Under the pieces are notes generated by a model. It saw only the letters and a program-made list of their open reading frames with translations. It did no database searches and was not told the origin of the DNA. Made by a program: the position numbers and the translations under genes. From Setoptus koraiensis (taxonomy: Eukaryota > Animalia > Arthropoda), in contig CM106586.1 in NCBI GenBank assembly GCA_048013815.1, positions 2,418,001 to 2,482,000 of the forward strand: a stretch of DNA of 64,000 bases, in the 5' to 3' direction. Below, piece by piece: positions 1-13,723 of the stretch. Position 1 is the first letter of the stretch, and the number at the start of each line of letters is the position of its first letter.

Positions 1-710
1 CAAAAGGCTGTGCTCATGAGCGAGAAAGTGAATGGAATTGAGCATCCGCAAACTATCACAGAATATACTCACTTAGCTCTATATTGTTTCGCAAATGGAC
101 AAGTGACAACTGCTCTCAAGTTACTCTATCGTGCACGATACTTATTGCTGCTAGTATGCGGCGAAAACCACCCTGAAATGGCCGTTTTAGATGTAAGTAT
201 ACGAATCTACGAAATTCAGGAAATATTTCTACCAAGCCACGCTTGATTCTCATTGTCGTTCTTCCCATCTATATCGTACAGAGCAACATTGGCCTGATAC
301 TTCATGCTGTTTGTGAGTACGATTTATCGTTCAGATTCCTGAAGAATGCCTTGAAGCTGAATATTGATTTCTATGGACCGAAGAGTATGAAAGTAGCCGT
401 CAATTATCACTTGGTTGCACGAACTCAATCTTGCACTGGGGACTTCCGAGGTGCATTGCAAAACGAAAAAGAAACCTATGCCATATATCGACAGACTTTG
501 GGCCCTGAGCATGAGAAGACCAAGGAGAGCTCTGAGTGCTTGCGCCATCTTACTGCACAGGCGGTGGTTTTAGCCAGAAAACTCAATGATATGCATCAAG
601 GAAACACAAACCCATTCATACCGCCCATAAACATTCAAAGGCCTTCAATGAGCTCAGTTCTTGAGATGCTTAATATTATCAATGGTATATTGTATCTTCC
701 CGTATCATAG
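1..710 (+). CDS. clu: Clueless/CLUH (clustered mitochondria protein), 3' part; exons <1..192 and 282..710
   Basis: Spliced translation [34 protein letters not shown]...HPEMAVLD|[10 protein letters not shown]...[19 protein letters not shown]...[13 protein letters not shown] matches the CLUH C-terminal TPR region. Intron 193..281 (GTAAGT...TACAG) joins the two ORFs in frame. 5' end is outside the window. Confidence 0.93.
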
Positions 711-1404
711 ATTCAACAAACAGTTGCCGAATCAAATTCTCTTCCGGGCCCAGGATTAATCGTGTTGATCAATATATCAGAAAACTATTCGTAACAAGCT
801 TAAGCTCTCAAAATTTATTTTCGACATACCTCAAGACCTAGATCTACAATAATATATTTCTTTTGAATTTCGGAGAAACTATTTACACACAATCACACAC
901 AGAACTAAGCAAATTTCTAGTTAAGAGTAGAAAGATTTATAAATGTATATAAATACGCATATACATCAAGATAGAAAGGTATCATATGGCATTAGTGTTT
1001 GTTAGTCCCAAGTTAGTTCTGAGGAAAATTGATAGATTTAAATTAAAGATTTATACAAGTTAGAATCAGTTTATATATCATAGATTAGAGCCTTTGTTAG
1101 TCAACTAGCATTGATTAATCCTTCTCTGTTCGCCCAAAAGGCATAATTATAACTTGTTATTTGTTTTTGGCAAGGTGCCAATACTTTCTATTCGCAGGAA
1201 TGCCTAGTTCACTTTAGCGTTTAGAGTACTATAGAGTATACAAGCAACAATTGAGCTCCATATAGTCTGCGTATCTCGTCTGGTAAAATCTTGGAGTCCA
1301 CCGTTATACAATGGTATTCGACTTGTTACATCTAGTTATTATGCAATAAATATTAGATACCTTGATAGTGTCCAAAAATGAAACTATAGTTATTATACAT
1401 CGAA

Positions 1405-4400
1405 ATGATACCAACTCAATATTTCGCACTGGTCTCTATAGTAGCGGCGCTGCCTCTTCATGCATTGCCATTGGACGTGGAGGAAATAAAAATAGGTGCC
1501 ATTATGAAAGATGAATCCCTGAAGGAATCTTTAGACAGAGCTATCGCCAGAGTCAATGCAGATTCCTCCGTTTTGTTTGGCATAAAATTGATTTCAATCG
1601 TGGAATTCATAGATTCGGAGAATAGTTATCAAGCTTCTAAAGCAGGTGAGTGGAATCCTTTTTTAATCGACCTATTATTATTCTTCTGAATGACATGCTT
1701 TAGCAATGTTATATTCCTTGATCAATTTCTTGATTTTTTTATTTAATTGCAGTTTGCAAACTACTCGAACAGCGTGTTTGGGCAGTTATTGGGCCTCAAT
1801 CAATGCAACTGACTCCAATTATCCAGGCAATAACAGCCAATTATCATATACCTTTTATATCGATTGATTGGCAGCCTTTCTCGGTTTACCAAGGCGAAAA
1901 TTCTTCCACTTCTGCAAGTTCTCCTCGGCGCCAATCCTCAAGACAGATGGCTTATGATTCGATGATAGGATTGTCACATATGTCGGCAATACAGAATTTC
2001 AGTATTAATTTCTATCCACAAGCCGATCAGTTAAGCTTGGCTTATTTAGATCTCATCAAATACAAAGGATGGAAAAGTTTCGCTCTGATTTTTGATTCAA
2101 CCGAGGATCTCATAAAGGTTAAAGACATTTATCAGGTTACATTCGCGGACACTAATATTTTAATTCATAACATGGACATAAGTGGCGACTACATGGAATC
2201 TCTGCCCGAAACACAATCACCCAAGAGTGTAATGGGTTTGGACGGTACCTCAGGAATAGAAGGTGACGAAATGAGATTCAAAGAGTTTGAAGGCGGCACA
2301 AGGAATCCCGGTAAAGTGTTGTCTTATCAGAAATTAATGAAAGACATGCGGAAGAAGGGAGTAGAGAATGTTGTTTTAAGTGTTCCTTCGAACAAGATTT
2401 ACAAGCTTCTCAAGGAGGCAGCAAGAGTGGGCCTTTTGTCTGTATATAACGACTACATAATAGCAAATTTAGATGTACACACTTTAAATTTGTCTTCATT
2501 TCAGCCATTGCTAACTAACATATCTGGCTATACGATGTTGGACCCTGGTGGTCAACAGATTGGTCTTGTTGACAAAGCTTGGATAGGTGGTAGGCCGCCT
2601 CCAACTCCCAAACAGGTCATGTCCACGGACAATGGTCTGATAAATGACGCCATTTCATTATTGACATTGAGCATGGACGAGATGATCAATGATTCTAAGA
2701 GGAACTATCCAATTACAGAACCGATGGTTTCGTGCAAGAATCAACAAGTTTTCTGGGATTACGGTTTGGAATTAATGGATAGCATGAAGAAGACAGAGAG
2801 ACATGGCGGTTACACTGGCGATTTGCGTTTCAATCAGTATGGTGAACGGCATGACTTCGATTTAGAATATGTCATCTACAAGAGTAATGGATTCAATAAG
2901 GCAGCCACATGGAATACACACAATCGATTGGGCGATATGGCAAAGCATACCGATGATTTTGGTTTGCAGGCAATTAGGAACAAAACATTAAAAGTCACCA
3001 TTGCAAGAACTCCACCTTACGTAATGTTCAAACAGGATCATGAACAATTAGAAGGCAACGCAAAATACGAAGGCTATTGCATTGATCTGTTAAATTTATT
3101 GGCGGGGAAATTGGGTTTTAAGTTTGTTGTGAAGGAGGTAGCCGATGGACAGTATGGAAAGATACAGAATGGCTCGTGGACGGGCATGATTCGAGAATTA
3201 TTGGATTGGGAGGCCGATCTGGCCATCGTTGATCTGACCATCACCAAGGAGCGTCAGTCGGCTGTTGATTTCACGCATCCGTTCATGACGCTTGGCATAG
3301 CCATCATGTTCAAGAAGCCCAAAATGGAGGAGGCTGAACTATTTAGTTTCTTGATGCCCTTTTCCACCGAAGTTTGGCTATCAATGTGGAGTGCATATGT
3401 GGGCGTCAGTATGCTGTTATGGATAATATCACGTTTATCTCCGCACGAGTGGATAAATCCGCACCCCTGTTTTGACAACCCCGACGAATCAGATTTAGAG
3501 AACGAACTGCACAGTGTCGGCGCGAGCCTCTGGTTTACTATTGGTAGTCTTATGCAACAAGGCTCGGATTTGGCACCTAGATCGCCAAGTGTCCGAGCCA
3601 TGGCGTCGGTTTGGTATTTTTTCACATTGATCTTAATATCGTCGTATACGGCCAATTTCGCGGCCTTTCTCACCGCGTCGCGAATGCAATCGCCAATAGA
3701 GAGCGCTGAGGATTTGTCTAAGCAGACGAAAATCAATTATGGTTGCAAAACGGACGGTTCCACTCAGGCCTTCTTTGCCTCGTCCAATCATTCCACATAT
3801 AGACGAATGTGGAATTTTATGGAATCAAAGAAGCACGAGGGTGTCTTCCCCAAGAGCAACAACAAAGGAATTGAGTTAGTGAAGAAGGGCAACTATGCCT
3901 TCTTGATGGAATCGACAACCATAGATTACATAGTTCAGCGAGATTGCGAGCTAACCCAAATCGGTGGTCTGCTGGACCACAAAGGCTACGGAATCGCTCT
4001 GAGAAAGCGATCACCTTTTAGAGCGCCATTGTCTAAGGCAATAGTGGAGCTGAACGAGGATGGTATATTGCAAGATTTAAAAGCCAAATGGTGGGAAATA
4101 GAGAACGGATGTGTTTACGAGAAGGAGTCGTCGTTGGCCACCTCAGAACTGGGCATAGATAAGGTGGGTGGTGTATTTGTTGTTTTGGCTGTTGGTGTTG
4201 CGGTGGCTTGCTTTGCGGCTCTATTGGAGTTTGTATGGAAATCACTAAAGACAAGTCGCACAGAGCGTAGTTCATTGTGGAATTTATTTTGGGAAGAGAT
4301 ATTGCGATTCATCAAATGTGGCCCATCAAAAAGACCTGCACCTAACACAGTGGGCAATTCAGGCGCCATGCGCAGCACATCACAACCATCTATACGCTCA

Positions 4401-4652
4401 ATGACAAACTCGTTGAATCAAATAAATCCGTTACTTTATGGCACTGCAGCTGTAGCCCCAAATCTGCAAGCTAATCACTTGAAGAACCTGAATTATCGGT
4501 CTTCTGATGCCGACTATCGCAACAGAACGTTCGACAGCAATCCAAACACTGCTCATCAGTACTACAATCACAACATCAACAACAACAATGCCCTAGAGTA
4601 TGATGCCAATCAATTCAATCAAGACATTGATCTCAATATTCATAACAGATAG
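1405..4652 (+). CDS. Ionotropic glutamate receptor, kainate-type; exons 1405..1645 and 1753..4652
   Basis: Signal peptide, ATD (SKA|VCKLLEQRVWAVIGP across GTGAGT...TGCAG intron 1646..1752), S1 (YEGYCIDLL, DLAIVDLTITKERQSAVDF), pore loop WFTIGSLMQQG, SYTANFAAFLT gate, S2 (GST, FLMEST, GGLLDHKGYGIA), M4 VGGVFVVL. Confidence 0.96.
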
Positions 4653-6146
4653 ATTCTTTGGATACAGTGCAACAATCAATCCTCAGTTGCCAAGGGGCCT
4701 TTGCGACAAATTTTGATATCGTCATGCGATGAACAGCAAGTGTATTTGCTTGCTCAACAATGTCACCTCAAATAACGCATGGTCTGTGAGGACCGCCATC
4801 TTAATTGATCTCTGATTGTATCAAACTCAAATAGAAATAGATTATTATCAGTGTGTAGAGCTTTGCTAGTTTTAACGAGCTCGTTGGCGTGCGCATCCTC
4901 ATGAATCTATGCTGTTGGACGGACGGAAAACCATTTAGTCTTGGTTTCACTTTATTGGACAATTACAAGAACCAAATTTAAGTGGTGCCCTGCTATGGAC
5001 ATTACTCTGACAGCACCTATGATTTGAAAAGTCATTTCCATCATCATCATCATTGCAGCTCTCAATCATAGGTTGATAGCTATTTTATAAAAAACGAAAA
5101 AGTTTGAACCCAATCAATTACAGTGAGAGCGTATGTCACAGTTACAATGCTCACTAGATGACAAGATCACTATCGATATCATTAAGAGATCATTATCCTC
5201 TCGTCATAAGAGCACCGTCAATTGATAAAAATAATGACCATGGATTATAGAGCCATACCATGGCACACATAAGACTAATAGTAAACTAGGAAATTTGTGG
5301 CGATACATCATATGATATATAGCCTCAAATGACAGGTAGTAGTAGAACAAAATGACAAAAAGTTCCTATCTGTGGTGTGCCAACCAAGTCCAATCAATCG
5401 CTTGATATATGAGTGTTCAGAGGGATAGTGTTTTGCATCATTCGTTCATTCATACTGTTTCACCATGTTTGATTGCAAAATCAAAGAAAAACAACAAACA
5501 CAATCAAAGCTTTTACCACAAGAGTTGATTTATAAGCGATCAAAGAACCAAGAATTTGTAACTGTAGATCAGGTATGGATAAGATTGGATTTCTGGGCAG
5601 TCAGCAAACCTAGATGGCTGGCCCATTAATAAATCAACAGTCAACGACTGTATAAATCATCCTTCGTTGGACTCTGAAATATCTGTGTAGTTATTACCAA
5701 TGCTACTAATGTCTTTGGTATCGCTTATTACCTTTGGTATATTGGTCAACTATCAATATATAGATTACCTTTTATAGATAAATTGCTCTCTTAAAAAGAA
5801 GAAAAAACTTTTTTTCACCGTTACACTCAGCCAGTGTCACCCTTCAAATGATTAGATATGTATTATTGAAATCGAGATTCAAAGAAATAAGAATAATATT
5901 CCAATGCTTTAGGCAGTGTGAATATATGTATACATATATGTAATAAGCTTTTGCTATTGTATCATTAACTTTATTTAATATTAATAATAATGGTAGTGCA
6001 TTAATTAGTCATTTTATTTTAGAATTAAAGCCTTCATATTACTATTCGATGAGACAACTTGAATGAAATGCATGATAATTGTCAACGATAATTGTGAACC
6101 ATTATCATTCGATAAGACGACATGTTTGTGAAGTTTGAGTGAAGTG

Positions 6147-8531
6147 TTAATTGCCAATTGTGGACAAGTTATATAATGATCTTGGTACAATAACTGGTGG
6201 TGTTGTCGAAACAGTTGGCTCTGTTGGTACGGTCTCGTCAGATAGATTCTCGTATGCACTCGCATTGGGTGGCTGTTTGAATTCGTCTCTAGATGAACAG
6301 TATATATATGGCTGATAAACCATCAATACTTGTTTGTTGGTAACATCATGACCTTTTGATAGTGATCCGGTCATGCTTGTGGCTCGGTTTTCTTGGTTGT
6401 TTGCAAACAAATCTTTTGTAGACGACATTTTACTGTTATCTGTTGCCGCGCTGATCAGGTCGTTATCGTTGGAATTGTTGTTGTTGTCAGTGTTGGTGTC
6501 GCGATTGCAATCAACATTAAAATTTTTCTGCTGACCATCGCTAGATTCGTTATCATTTACTTTTTCGCTCAATGATATATTTTCATACAATTCTATGCCA
6601 TTCCTAAAGACATTTCTAGGGTTCTTCATAGGTGCAACAGGACATATTCTATTTAAGTCATCATCGTTGTTAGACTTATTTGTTGTTAAACCAACGATCT
6701 CATTAATTGGTGGTGATTCTACATCTAGCACAACTTTATGACTTAGAATATCTATGTTATTATTATTGCCATCTGTATGATTTTTCCACGCATGAGTGAA
6801 GCCAGAATTTCTTCTCACTTGTTCGTAGTGACTTATATTCGTACGAACATTACTACCACTGTCACAAACACTATTTCGTTCTTTATCATCATCTAAAATT
6901 AAACTCAATTTATCCAGATCATCAATTAATTGCTCCTGGCTATAATGACGATAGTTGTAATGGGCAAGACGGTTATTTTGTTGATGATTGTAATGTGGTG
7001 TAAAATGATGATGATGATGGTGCGTTTGGTGGTTTCCCTCTGGTTTGGTAGACCAGCTATTGTGATAAATACGAAAGTTACTAACCTTGAATGTGGCATC
7101 AGATGAGTTATCAACAATTTGTTGACCATTCAACTTTAGCAATCTATCGTACGATTTAAGTTGTTGCTCTTCTTTTCTCACTAACTTTATAATTAATTCA
7201 GCCTTAACCGTAGAAGCATTTTTACGTTGACCTGTAGACGATTCAGCTGAGCCCTTATTGAGTTTTGAATATCTGTCGTCATAATTACTACTATTTATCG
7301 ATTCAAGATCATCAACTAGACTCTGGTGTACCTCAAGTAGATATTCGTCATTTCTCAGAACACGCTTATAGTTGGTTGCCTCACACACTTCGATCAATTC
7401 GAATTGATCGGCTGTAGATGAACGTGATGATTTACTGGTAAGCGATGCTGTATCCGAGTCTCTACTTTGACTAGAAGTATCTGAGCCTAGATTATGATGC
7501 AAATTTAAACAATTCATCAGCAACTCAATAGTCTCTTCAACTGTTGTCTGGGTAGATAATGACAGAGATTTATATAAAGAGTCACTGACAACATCAGAAC
7601 AATAAATTTTGACTAGTGCCCCATTCTTCATCAACAGAGTGAATCTAATATCATTATGAGGTGGATTCGAGCAGCATGATTGCAATAATGCCGGACAAGA
7701 ATCGTTGCCTAATATCATTACGCTCTTGACAGGTATGCCTTCTTTTTTTATCCATCTCTCTAAAGTGAGGTAGAATAAGTTTGGATCTCTATGACGCAAA
7801 CGGAACTTTTTCAAGAGCATTCTTACGACCTGACTACTTTTCGTCTGATTATCTACAGGCAGTGTGATGTATTCCACATCTTGACAGAGGGTCTGAGCGT
7901 AAACTTTAATGATAACCTTAGGTGGCGGCTTATAGAGACTCTCGGGAAAATAGCTTGTGGACGCTAATTTGGTCTGGTTGTGTAGCTGCTTCTGACGTTG
8001 ATAAGTCCAATATTGGCCAACAGAAACCGGTGCTTTGGTTAGTGGCGGTGAAGAAGATCTCCATTGCTGATGAGATGGCGTATCACCATTAGAGTGATGA
8101 TGGACTGGTGAAATTACGTTGCAGGAAGTTCGTGGAGCTGGAATCGGCGATGATTTTGATGCATCGTGATTTTCTGTTTTAGATGGGCTGTTTTCTTGTA
8201 ACAACTTTTGTAGTCGCTTGTGTCTTACAGGTGGTACAGGTGGTGATGGTGTTGTTCGTTGTTGGGAATTGTCGTGATTTAAGATTTTTTCGATTCCGGA
8301 GCTTAAGTTGGTGAACCTCAGCTCTAGGTTGTTAGGTTGGAAGGAAGGCTCGTTGGATTTTGAAGAATTTGAACTTGTAGACGAGAATGACGAATTTGCA
8401 GAGATTGAAGATGCGAAAGAGGCAATTGATGGGGGTGGTGAAGGAAAACACATGGGAAGCGGTGAAGACGAATTGGAGCTATCCAAGGACAATTTGTAAC
8501 CGTTTCTCGAGGAACTATTATGTTTCATCAT
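6147..8531 (-). CDS. Tandem Ras-association (RA) domain protein, similar to Drosophila Rau
   Basis: 794-aa ORF. Central region VIIKVYAQTLCQDVEYITL...LLKKFRLRHRDPNLFYLT...LVKIYCSDVVSDSLYKSLSLSTQTTVEETIELLMNC has two ubiquitin-like RA folds, flanked by low-complexity Ser/Pro/Asn tracts. Non-coding 5' exons are not defined. Confidence 0.75.
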   Translation of the reverse strand: MMKHNSSSRNGYKLSLDSSNSSSPLPMCFPSPPPSIASFASSISANSSFSSTSSNSSKSNEPSFQPNNLELRFTNLSSGIEKILNHDNSQQRTTPSPPVPPVRHKRLQKLLQENSPSKTENHDASKSSPIPAPRTSCNVISPVHHHSNGDTPSHQQWRSSSPPLTKAPVSVGQYWTYQRQKQLHNQTKLASTSYFPESLYKPPPKVIIKVYAQTLCQDVEYITLPVDNQTKSSQVVRMLLKKFRLRHRDPNLFYLTLERWIKKEGIPVKSVMILGNDSCPALLQSCCSNPPHNDIRFTLLMKNGALVKIYCSDVVSDSLYKSLSLSTQTTVEETIELLMNCLNLHHNLGSDTSSQSRDSDTASLTSKSSRSSTADQFELIEVCEATNYKRVLRNDEYLLEVHQSLVDDLESINSSNYDDRYSKLNKGSAESSTGQRKNASTVKAELIIKLVRKEEQQLKSYDRLLKLNGQQIVDNSSDATFKVSNFRIYHNSWSTKPEGNHQTHHHHHHFTPHYNHQQNNRLAHYNYRHYSQEQLIDDLDKLSLILDDDKERNSVCDSGSNVRTNISHYEQVRRNSGFTHAWKNHTDGNNNNIDILSHKVVLDVESPPINEIVGLTTNKSNNDDDLNRICPVAPMKNPRNVFRNGIELYENISLSEKVNDNESSDGQQKNFNVDCNRDTNTDNNNNSNDNDLISAATDNSKMSSTKDLFANNQENRATSMTGSLSKGHDVTNKQVLMVYQPYIYCSSRDEFKQPPNASAYENLSDETVPTEPTVSTTPPVIVPRSLYNLSTIGN

Positions 8532-11500
8532 AACTGTTGGTCGTTGATTGTTTTTTTCACTGCTATGTAAATTTGTATGTATATGTTTTCGACAATATTG
8601 TGATAATGTAGTTGGACATAATAGTTAGTAGTGGGTATTTCGTTTGTGATACTTGGCAGTTATTTTCAACGAGCTTAGAGTAATCTTGTATTGTGTTGCT
8701 ATTCGAAAGCTTGTCGTTGAATGTATCAGATGAATAGTTATAAAATCAACGATCAATGTTAATATGAGATGGTTGTTTTAGTTTATTTTTTCTTATCTTT
8801 TACTCTCTTCGGAGATCTCAATTTCAAATGTTTTTCAAGAATGCCGATTACTGCAAATTATCTCATTTGACTTTGTATCGAGAAATCTATCGCACGATGT
8901 AGCATGATTATGAAGATACTCTGAATGATTGCAGTGAAAAGTAGTAGAAACTAAGGTCATGTTGATCTTCGTCTGCTGTTGCTATCTTATTTGTTACTTG
9001 TGGTGTTGTTTTGTTTTCTAGTTTGTCTTTATATGACGACAAAGATGATTGTCTGTGGCAGTGTCAGATAGATGTGCAGTGATTTTACCAGACACTATTG
9101 AGATGCGCCGAAATAGTGAGAATGTGTATCATGGTGCCCGAGTGATTGTTGTCTTATAGTTGTTACATCCATTAACATTGGTCGATCATATCATAAAGTT
9201 TGCAAGTATCAATAATAATAAAGATGAGATAACGCCTGTGAAACGATTGTCTTTAAAGAAGATAGCATTCAAAGTGTGGTCGTTGAACAAGTGATATGGC
9301 AAACATTTGACTAACAATGATGGATGGAACAACAATGGTGATGTTTGTATGGACCTTGTGTGTCCTTGTTTTTTGTTGTTGTTGTTAGAATGTTTTAGCA
9401 AGACAGGGCGACGATAAGTATGCGAAATCTTCGGATGACTAATTTAAATTTTGCTAATCTAATAATGCAAACACGAACCTGAGCGATAATGGAAACAGAT
9501 TTAATTATGTTGTTGTTTAGTGTGCCTATGGGTGGTGTTGTGAATCGAAAAATTGTTTTTAACAATATTGGAGAGAGTGATTTACTTGTTGCACATCGCT
9601 GCTACCTTGAAAGGAATGATGGTTCTAGATTGTGCTCAGTCAGAGGGTGAGAGTTAATGCCTTTGGTATTACAGGTAGTGGCGTCTGTCTTTCTTTTTAT
9701 CTCGGTCTCTCCTTTCTAGACTGGTCTTGTCTTATTTTAAGCGAGTGTGTGTGCGCGCAGGTCTTGTCTTGTCATCTGCCTTGTTACTTTTCAATTTAAT
9801 TTCGATTGTTGTTGTAGTTGTTGCTGTTGTTTTTGAATAGCGGCCGTAGCAGTGATTGAGTGAGTGAGTGAGTGTGTAATAATAATAAGTTAGTTAGTTA
9901 GCTTGGTGTAGGGTTGCATAACAATTGTGTTGTGAGTGTGTGTGCTGGCAAGAGGCGATATGAGATGATGAGAGGATTGAGCAAACTTGATTTAGGTTTC
10001 TCTCTTTTTGTTCGCTTGTTAATTTGGTGAACTGCATTCGGTGATGATGATGCTGTTTGTGAAGGTGAGAGATCAAACCCAATGGTTGCTCGTCGTCTCT
10101 GCGACTCTGCGTTTCTCTATGCTGTGTTAGTGAGTGAGCTAATGTGCAACCCGTCAGTCTAAATATATTCCAATAGTAATAATAATAATTTCAATTGTAA
10201 TTATCTTGAGGTTGTATGTTGATAAATAGTAATAATAACAATAATAATAGTAATGATTGTAATGTTTGCCCTCGCAACTCTGATTGGTGTGATGAGGACG
10301 AGGATGACGATACGACTACGGGACTATCAATAATCGTAATGAAAATGATGTCTACAATGTGTACAACGCCTAAACAACTGGCCGTGTGTTTGACTTATTT
10401 AAATTAGCTGCGTTGGTCTACATTGAATATGATTCATTATTTTTATCATTGTATGAATAATAGTTGTCGCCCTGTTTGCTGGACCCTTTGCACTGGCAAG
10501 CAAGAATGGAACTGGCTCGAAGCGAACGAATGAATCACAACAACAGCAGAAGCAACAGCATGAGCGTCGAATGGCTGCACTCACAATTGTCGAACTGTTC
10601 TCTCGGTCTGTCTCTGTGTTTGCTCTGTCCTGCTCTCAACTTGAGTCTCGAACGACACACTGCTGTTGCTGCTGTGCCTGCTGTTGTGCACACAAAACTC
10701 ACTGCCCCTATTTTGGTATGCGTGCGCTAGTGTGTGTGTGTGTGTGTTTTTCCGTCTAAAAAATGTGCGCAGACTCAGCATGACAATGGCCAGTTCCGTG
10801 GAGACGGCCACTCATCCACGTGTTAATAGCTCTGTGCCAGGGTCGCTGTGCTGTGTGCTGCACAACCTCTGCCATGCAGCGTCCATTTAATAATTTATAT
10901 TGTTGTTGTCCATTTATATCCCATAAAAAACTCATCACACGAACGAACAGACACACACAGACGTTCGTACGAACAGTCTGGTGGCACATCATGGACATCG
11001 TGCAAGGGCAAGCAACAGCTAGCTGCCGCTGGACACTGTGGTGCTGCTGACACTGCGAGATGGTCCCAGTGGACCATCGAACTTTCTAAAATGTTCACGA
11101 TCGAACTTGACGCAGCGGACCTGCGCACGCACCACAAAGCGGCCGAAATTCGATTCTTTTCACAGCGCCAGATTAGATTCAAAATTCTGATTTGATTTTG
11201 AAGCTGCGCGATCTTGTGTGTTGCGAACGCATCGGGACGCACAAGATGCACACTAGCAAGCAACGAATGCCAAGCGAGAGAATATCAAGATAAAATCGGC
11301 CGAAATGTGGATATCGATGGAGCGCGCCGTGCATAGCCTTATATAGCCATACAGTGTAGATGGTTGTACGCAGCTATGCACGGCTATCTATGGCCCAAGG
11401 AATGAGTGTAATAGCAGTGTGATGGAATAACACCAATGTGGAAGCAACAGGCCGTGCCAGTGAGAGCGTGCGCCCTCTTTGCGCCTGGCCTGTTGCCGCT

Positions 11501-12194
11501 GGTCGGCGCACGGGCCGATAAAAGCCAATGGTCATTATATGCAGTTTGGCTGGCCGTGGCGTGTATTTAATGGCGAGAGAGTGAGCCAATGAACTGTGAA
11601 CCTCGGCACAGCGAAAGGAGCAATGAAACGAAGTGAAGAATTCGCTGCTTCGTTCGTCGCCGACGTTACATTGAGAGGCGTCATTTTGATCATCAGCGAG
11701 CCTGTGGCTGGCGCTTGTTGCAAACACATGGCGACCAACATGGTGAGTGGTGACCAACACAATTGATGATGCGTGTAAATGACTGCGCACTGATACTGAC
11801 CATAATGATGCAGCAGCGCCAGCCAAACTGATCCGAACTGACGCAAACTGTGCCAGCGACGGCGTTGCCAGTGGCAGCACAGCCAGAAGCCGGCGCTGCT
11901 GTTGTTGCTGGTGCGGTGGCGGCGGTGGTGCAATTCACGCATCAACAACAAAAACATTCTCTCAATGCCTCGCCGTCCATTCTTCAATTCGGCGCTGCTG
12001 CTGCTGCTGCTGCAGCATCACTGTAGATTCGCGTATGTACGGGGTGACACATCGGACATCCATCATAGTGGGCGCTGGTTGATAGAGCACGAGCAGACAA
12101 TGGCCGTCCATGCAGCTATGTACACAAACCGGCCAGTTCTTTTCGCTCGTCAAACGCACACAATCTCCACTATTATCCCTGTTGCTGGCCACTG

Positions 12195-12229
12195 GCCATT
12201 GTGCCGTTGTGCCATTGTGCCATTGTGCC
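12195..12229. repeat. 8-bp tandem repeat (GCCATTGT)x4
   Basis: gccattgt gccgttgt gccattgt gccattgt gcc read directly. Confidence 0.85.
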
Positions 12230-13664
12230 CTCTCAGTGTGCGCATTGTGCCGACACGAATGTGCAACTGGTCAGTGGGCAACTTTGGCCATTTGCGGCCA
12301 TTCGCGGCCATTCGAATTGGGCGAATTGCGAGCCGCCAGCCGCAACATACGAACTGGCCACTGGGAGCCGCCGACTGGCGACTTGCAGTGAGCGCCTTCT
12401 AATGAAGACACCGCCGTCGCCTTTGTCTGTCTCGCTTACAACGCCGGCCGAGGCTGGCACGCATTTATATACGCGATTCTTTCAAATAAATACACATCAA
12501 ACTGAGCAGTGCTGAGAGTGGGCGATCAATTGAGTCGCCAGCACCGAAATCTTTACATATCCATGCTACTATGTACGCACAGACAAACATGCAAAAGTTG
12601 GATAATAATAGGCCCACTGGCATCATGGTCGTGCAGCCATAACAATGCCAGCAACAGGCAAATACCAGAATGGACCTGCGACTGCAACACCAACAACAAT
12701 GGCCACGGCCAACAACAACAGACAACAACAAATTACTGTTTCGCCTCATCTCGTTGCGTCGCGTCGCGTCGCGTCTCGCCTCGGGACCTGTCGATTGCTT
12801 GGTCATTTGTTTTGTGGTGCTAGGTGATGACTAGCACTTGTTTGGCGTCGTCATTTTTGCCAATTGCCCACAAGCCATTGTTTGCTCGTTGTCTGGTTGG
12901 CTGGTTCACTGGTTCACTGTCTAGCTGGTTGCGGCGCCGGACACGTACTGGAGGCGGAGATGAAGAAATGGAAGAAATGAAAAAATATGACAACTGGTGC
13001 TACTAAAGCTGCCAATTGGAGCATTTGCCAGTTGCGTCGATTCGCTGCTTTGATCTTGACTGATTCTGTTCGCTCCTTGTTTGCCGTTGTTCCTCGTTCC
13101 ATTATCGTTCTATTACTAGTACAGTCATTAGATGCGCCACATAGTGCCGGCCGAAACGAATGCCGCATTATATCTCTGGAAGCAGGCACGCTCATGCGAC
13201 CAAGGCGTCAACCAATGGACCCTGACGGAGCCTAAACCCAAACTGCAGACACTGGCGCTCACACGTCCAGCGGGCCGAAAAAGACACACGTAATTGCACA
13301 ACAATCTCCCTCTCCAGTTATATACCATGTTACCATGTGTTATTATTATTATTGGCAAAGACACCGAGAGAAGAAGCTTACAGGCAGCGATTGAATAATG
13401 TCGCGCCATTGGCGAGAAGACGCGACTTGTGCTGCTCTCACAAACATTGACTCACCCTGGCAGTCGTTGGAATTTCTATCCCATTTGCGGATAACAGAGA
13501 GCCTTGTGTAATGTCGCGTCCTTGGTGCCAGTTACGCCATCGTCTGGCGTAACTGGCTTCGGCCTCGATTAAAGCGCGCAAAAATAAAAATAAACGGCCT
13601 GATACGCCAATGTGTGTCCATGTCGCGTTCTTGGGCAAACCTTGAATTGCTCGGGTCCCTGCCC

Positions 13665-13723
13665 AACTGTTATGGCATAACTGTGATAGCATAACTGTGA
13701 TAGCATAACTGTTATAGCATAAC
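13665..13723. repeat. 14-bp minisatellite (AACTGTKATRGCAT)x4
   Basis: aactgttatggcat aactgtgatagcat aactgtgatagcat aactgttatagcat aac read directly. Confidence 0.9.

Noticed and set aside
3254-4378. Antisense ORFs within the glutamate receptor CDS (similar ones occur in TMCO4, the GalNAc-T, RBM34 and dusky-like)
   Set aside because: Shadow ORFs opposite real coding sequence.
4650-4775. 40 open codons after the iGluR TAG (possible readthrough)
   Set aside because: The stop context TAG-A is not a leaky one, and this length is within chance expectation.
13194-13235. Short peptide ending PMDPDGA, reminiscent of tarsal-less/mille-pattes small ORFs
   Set aside because: Does not match LDPTGxY and is not repeated.
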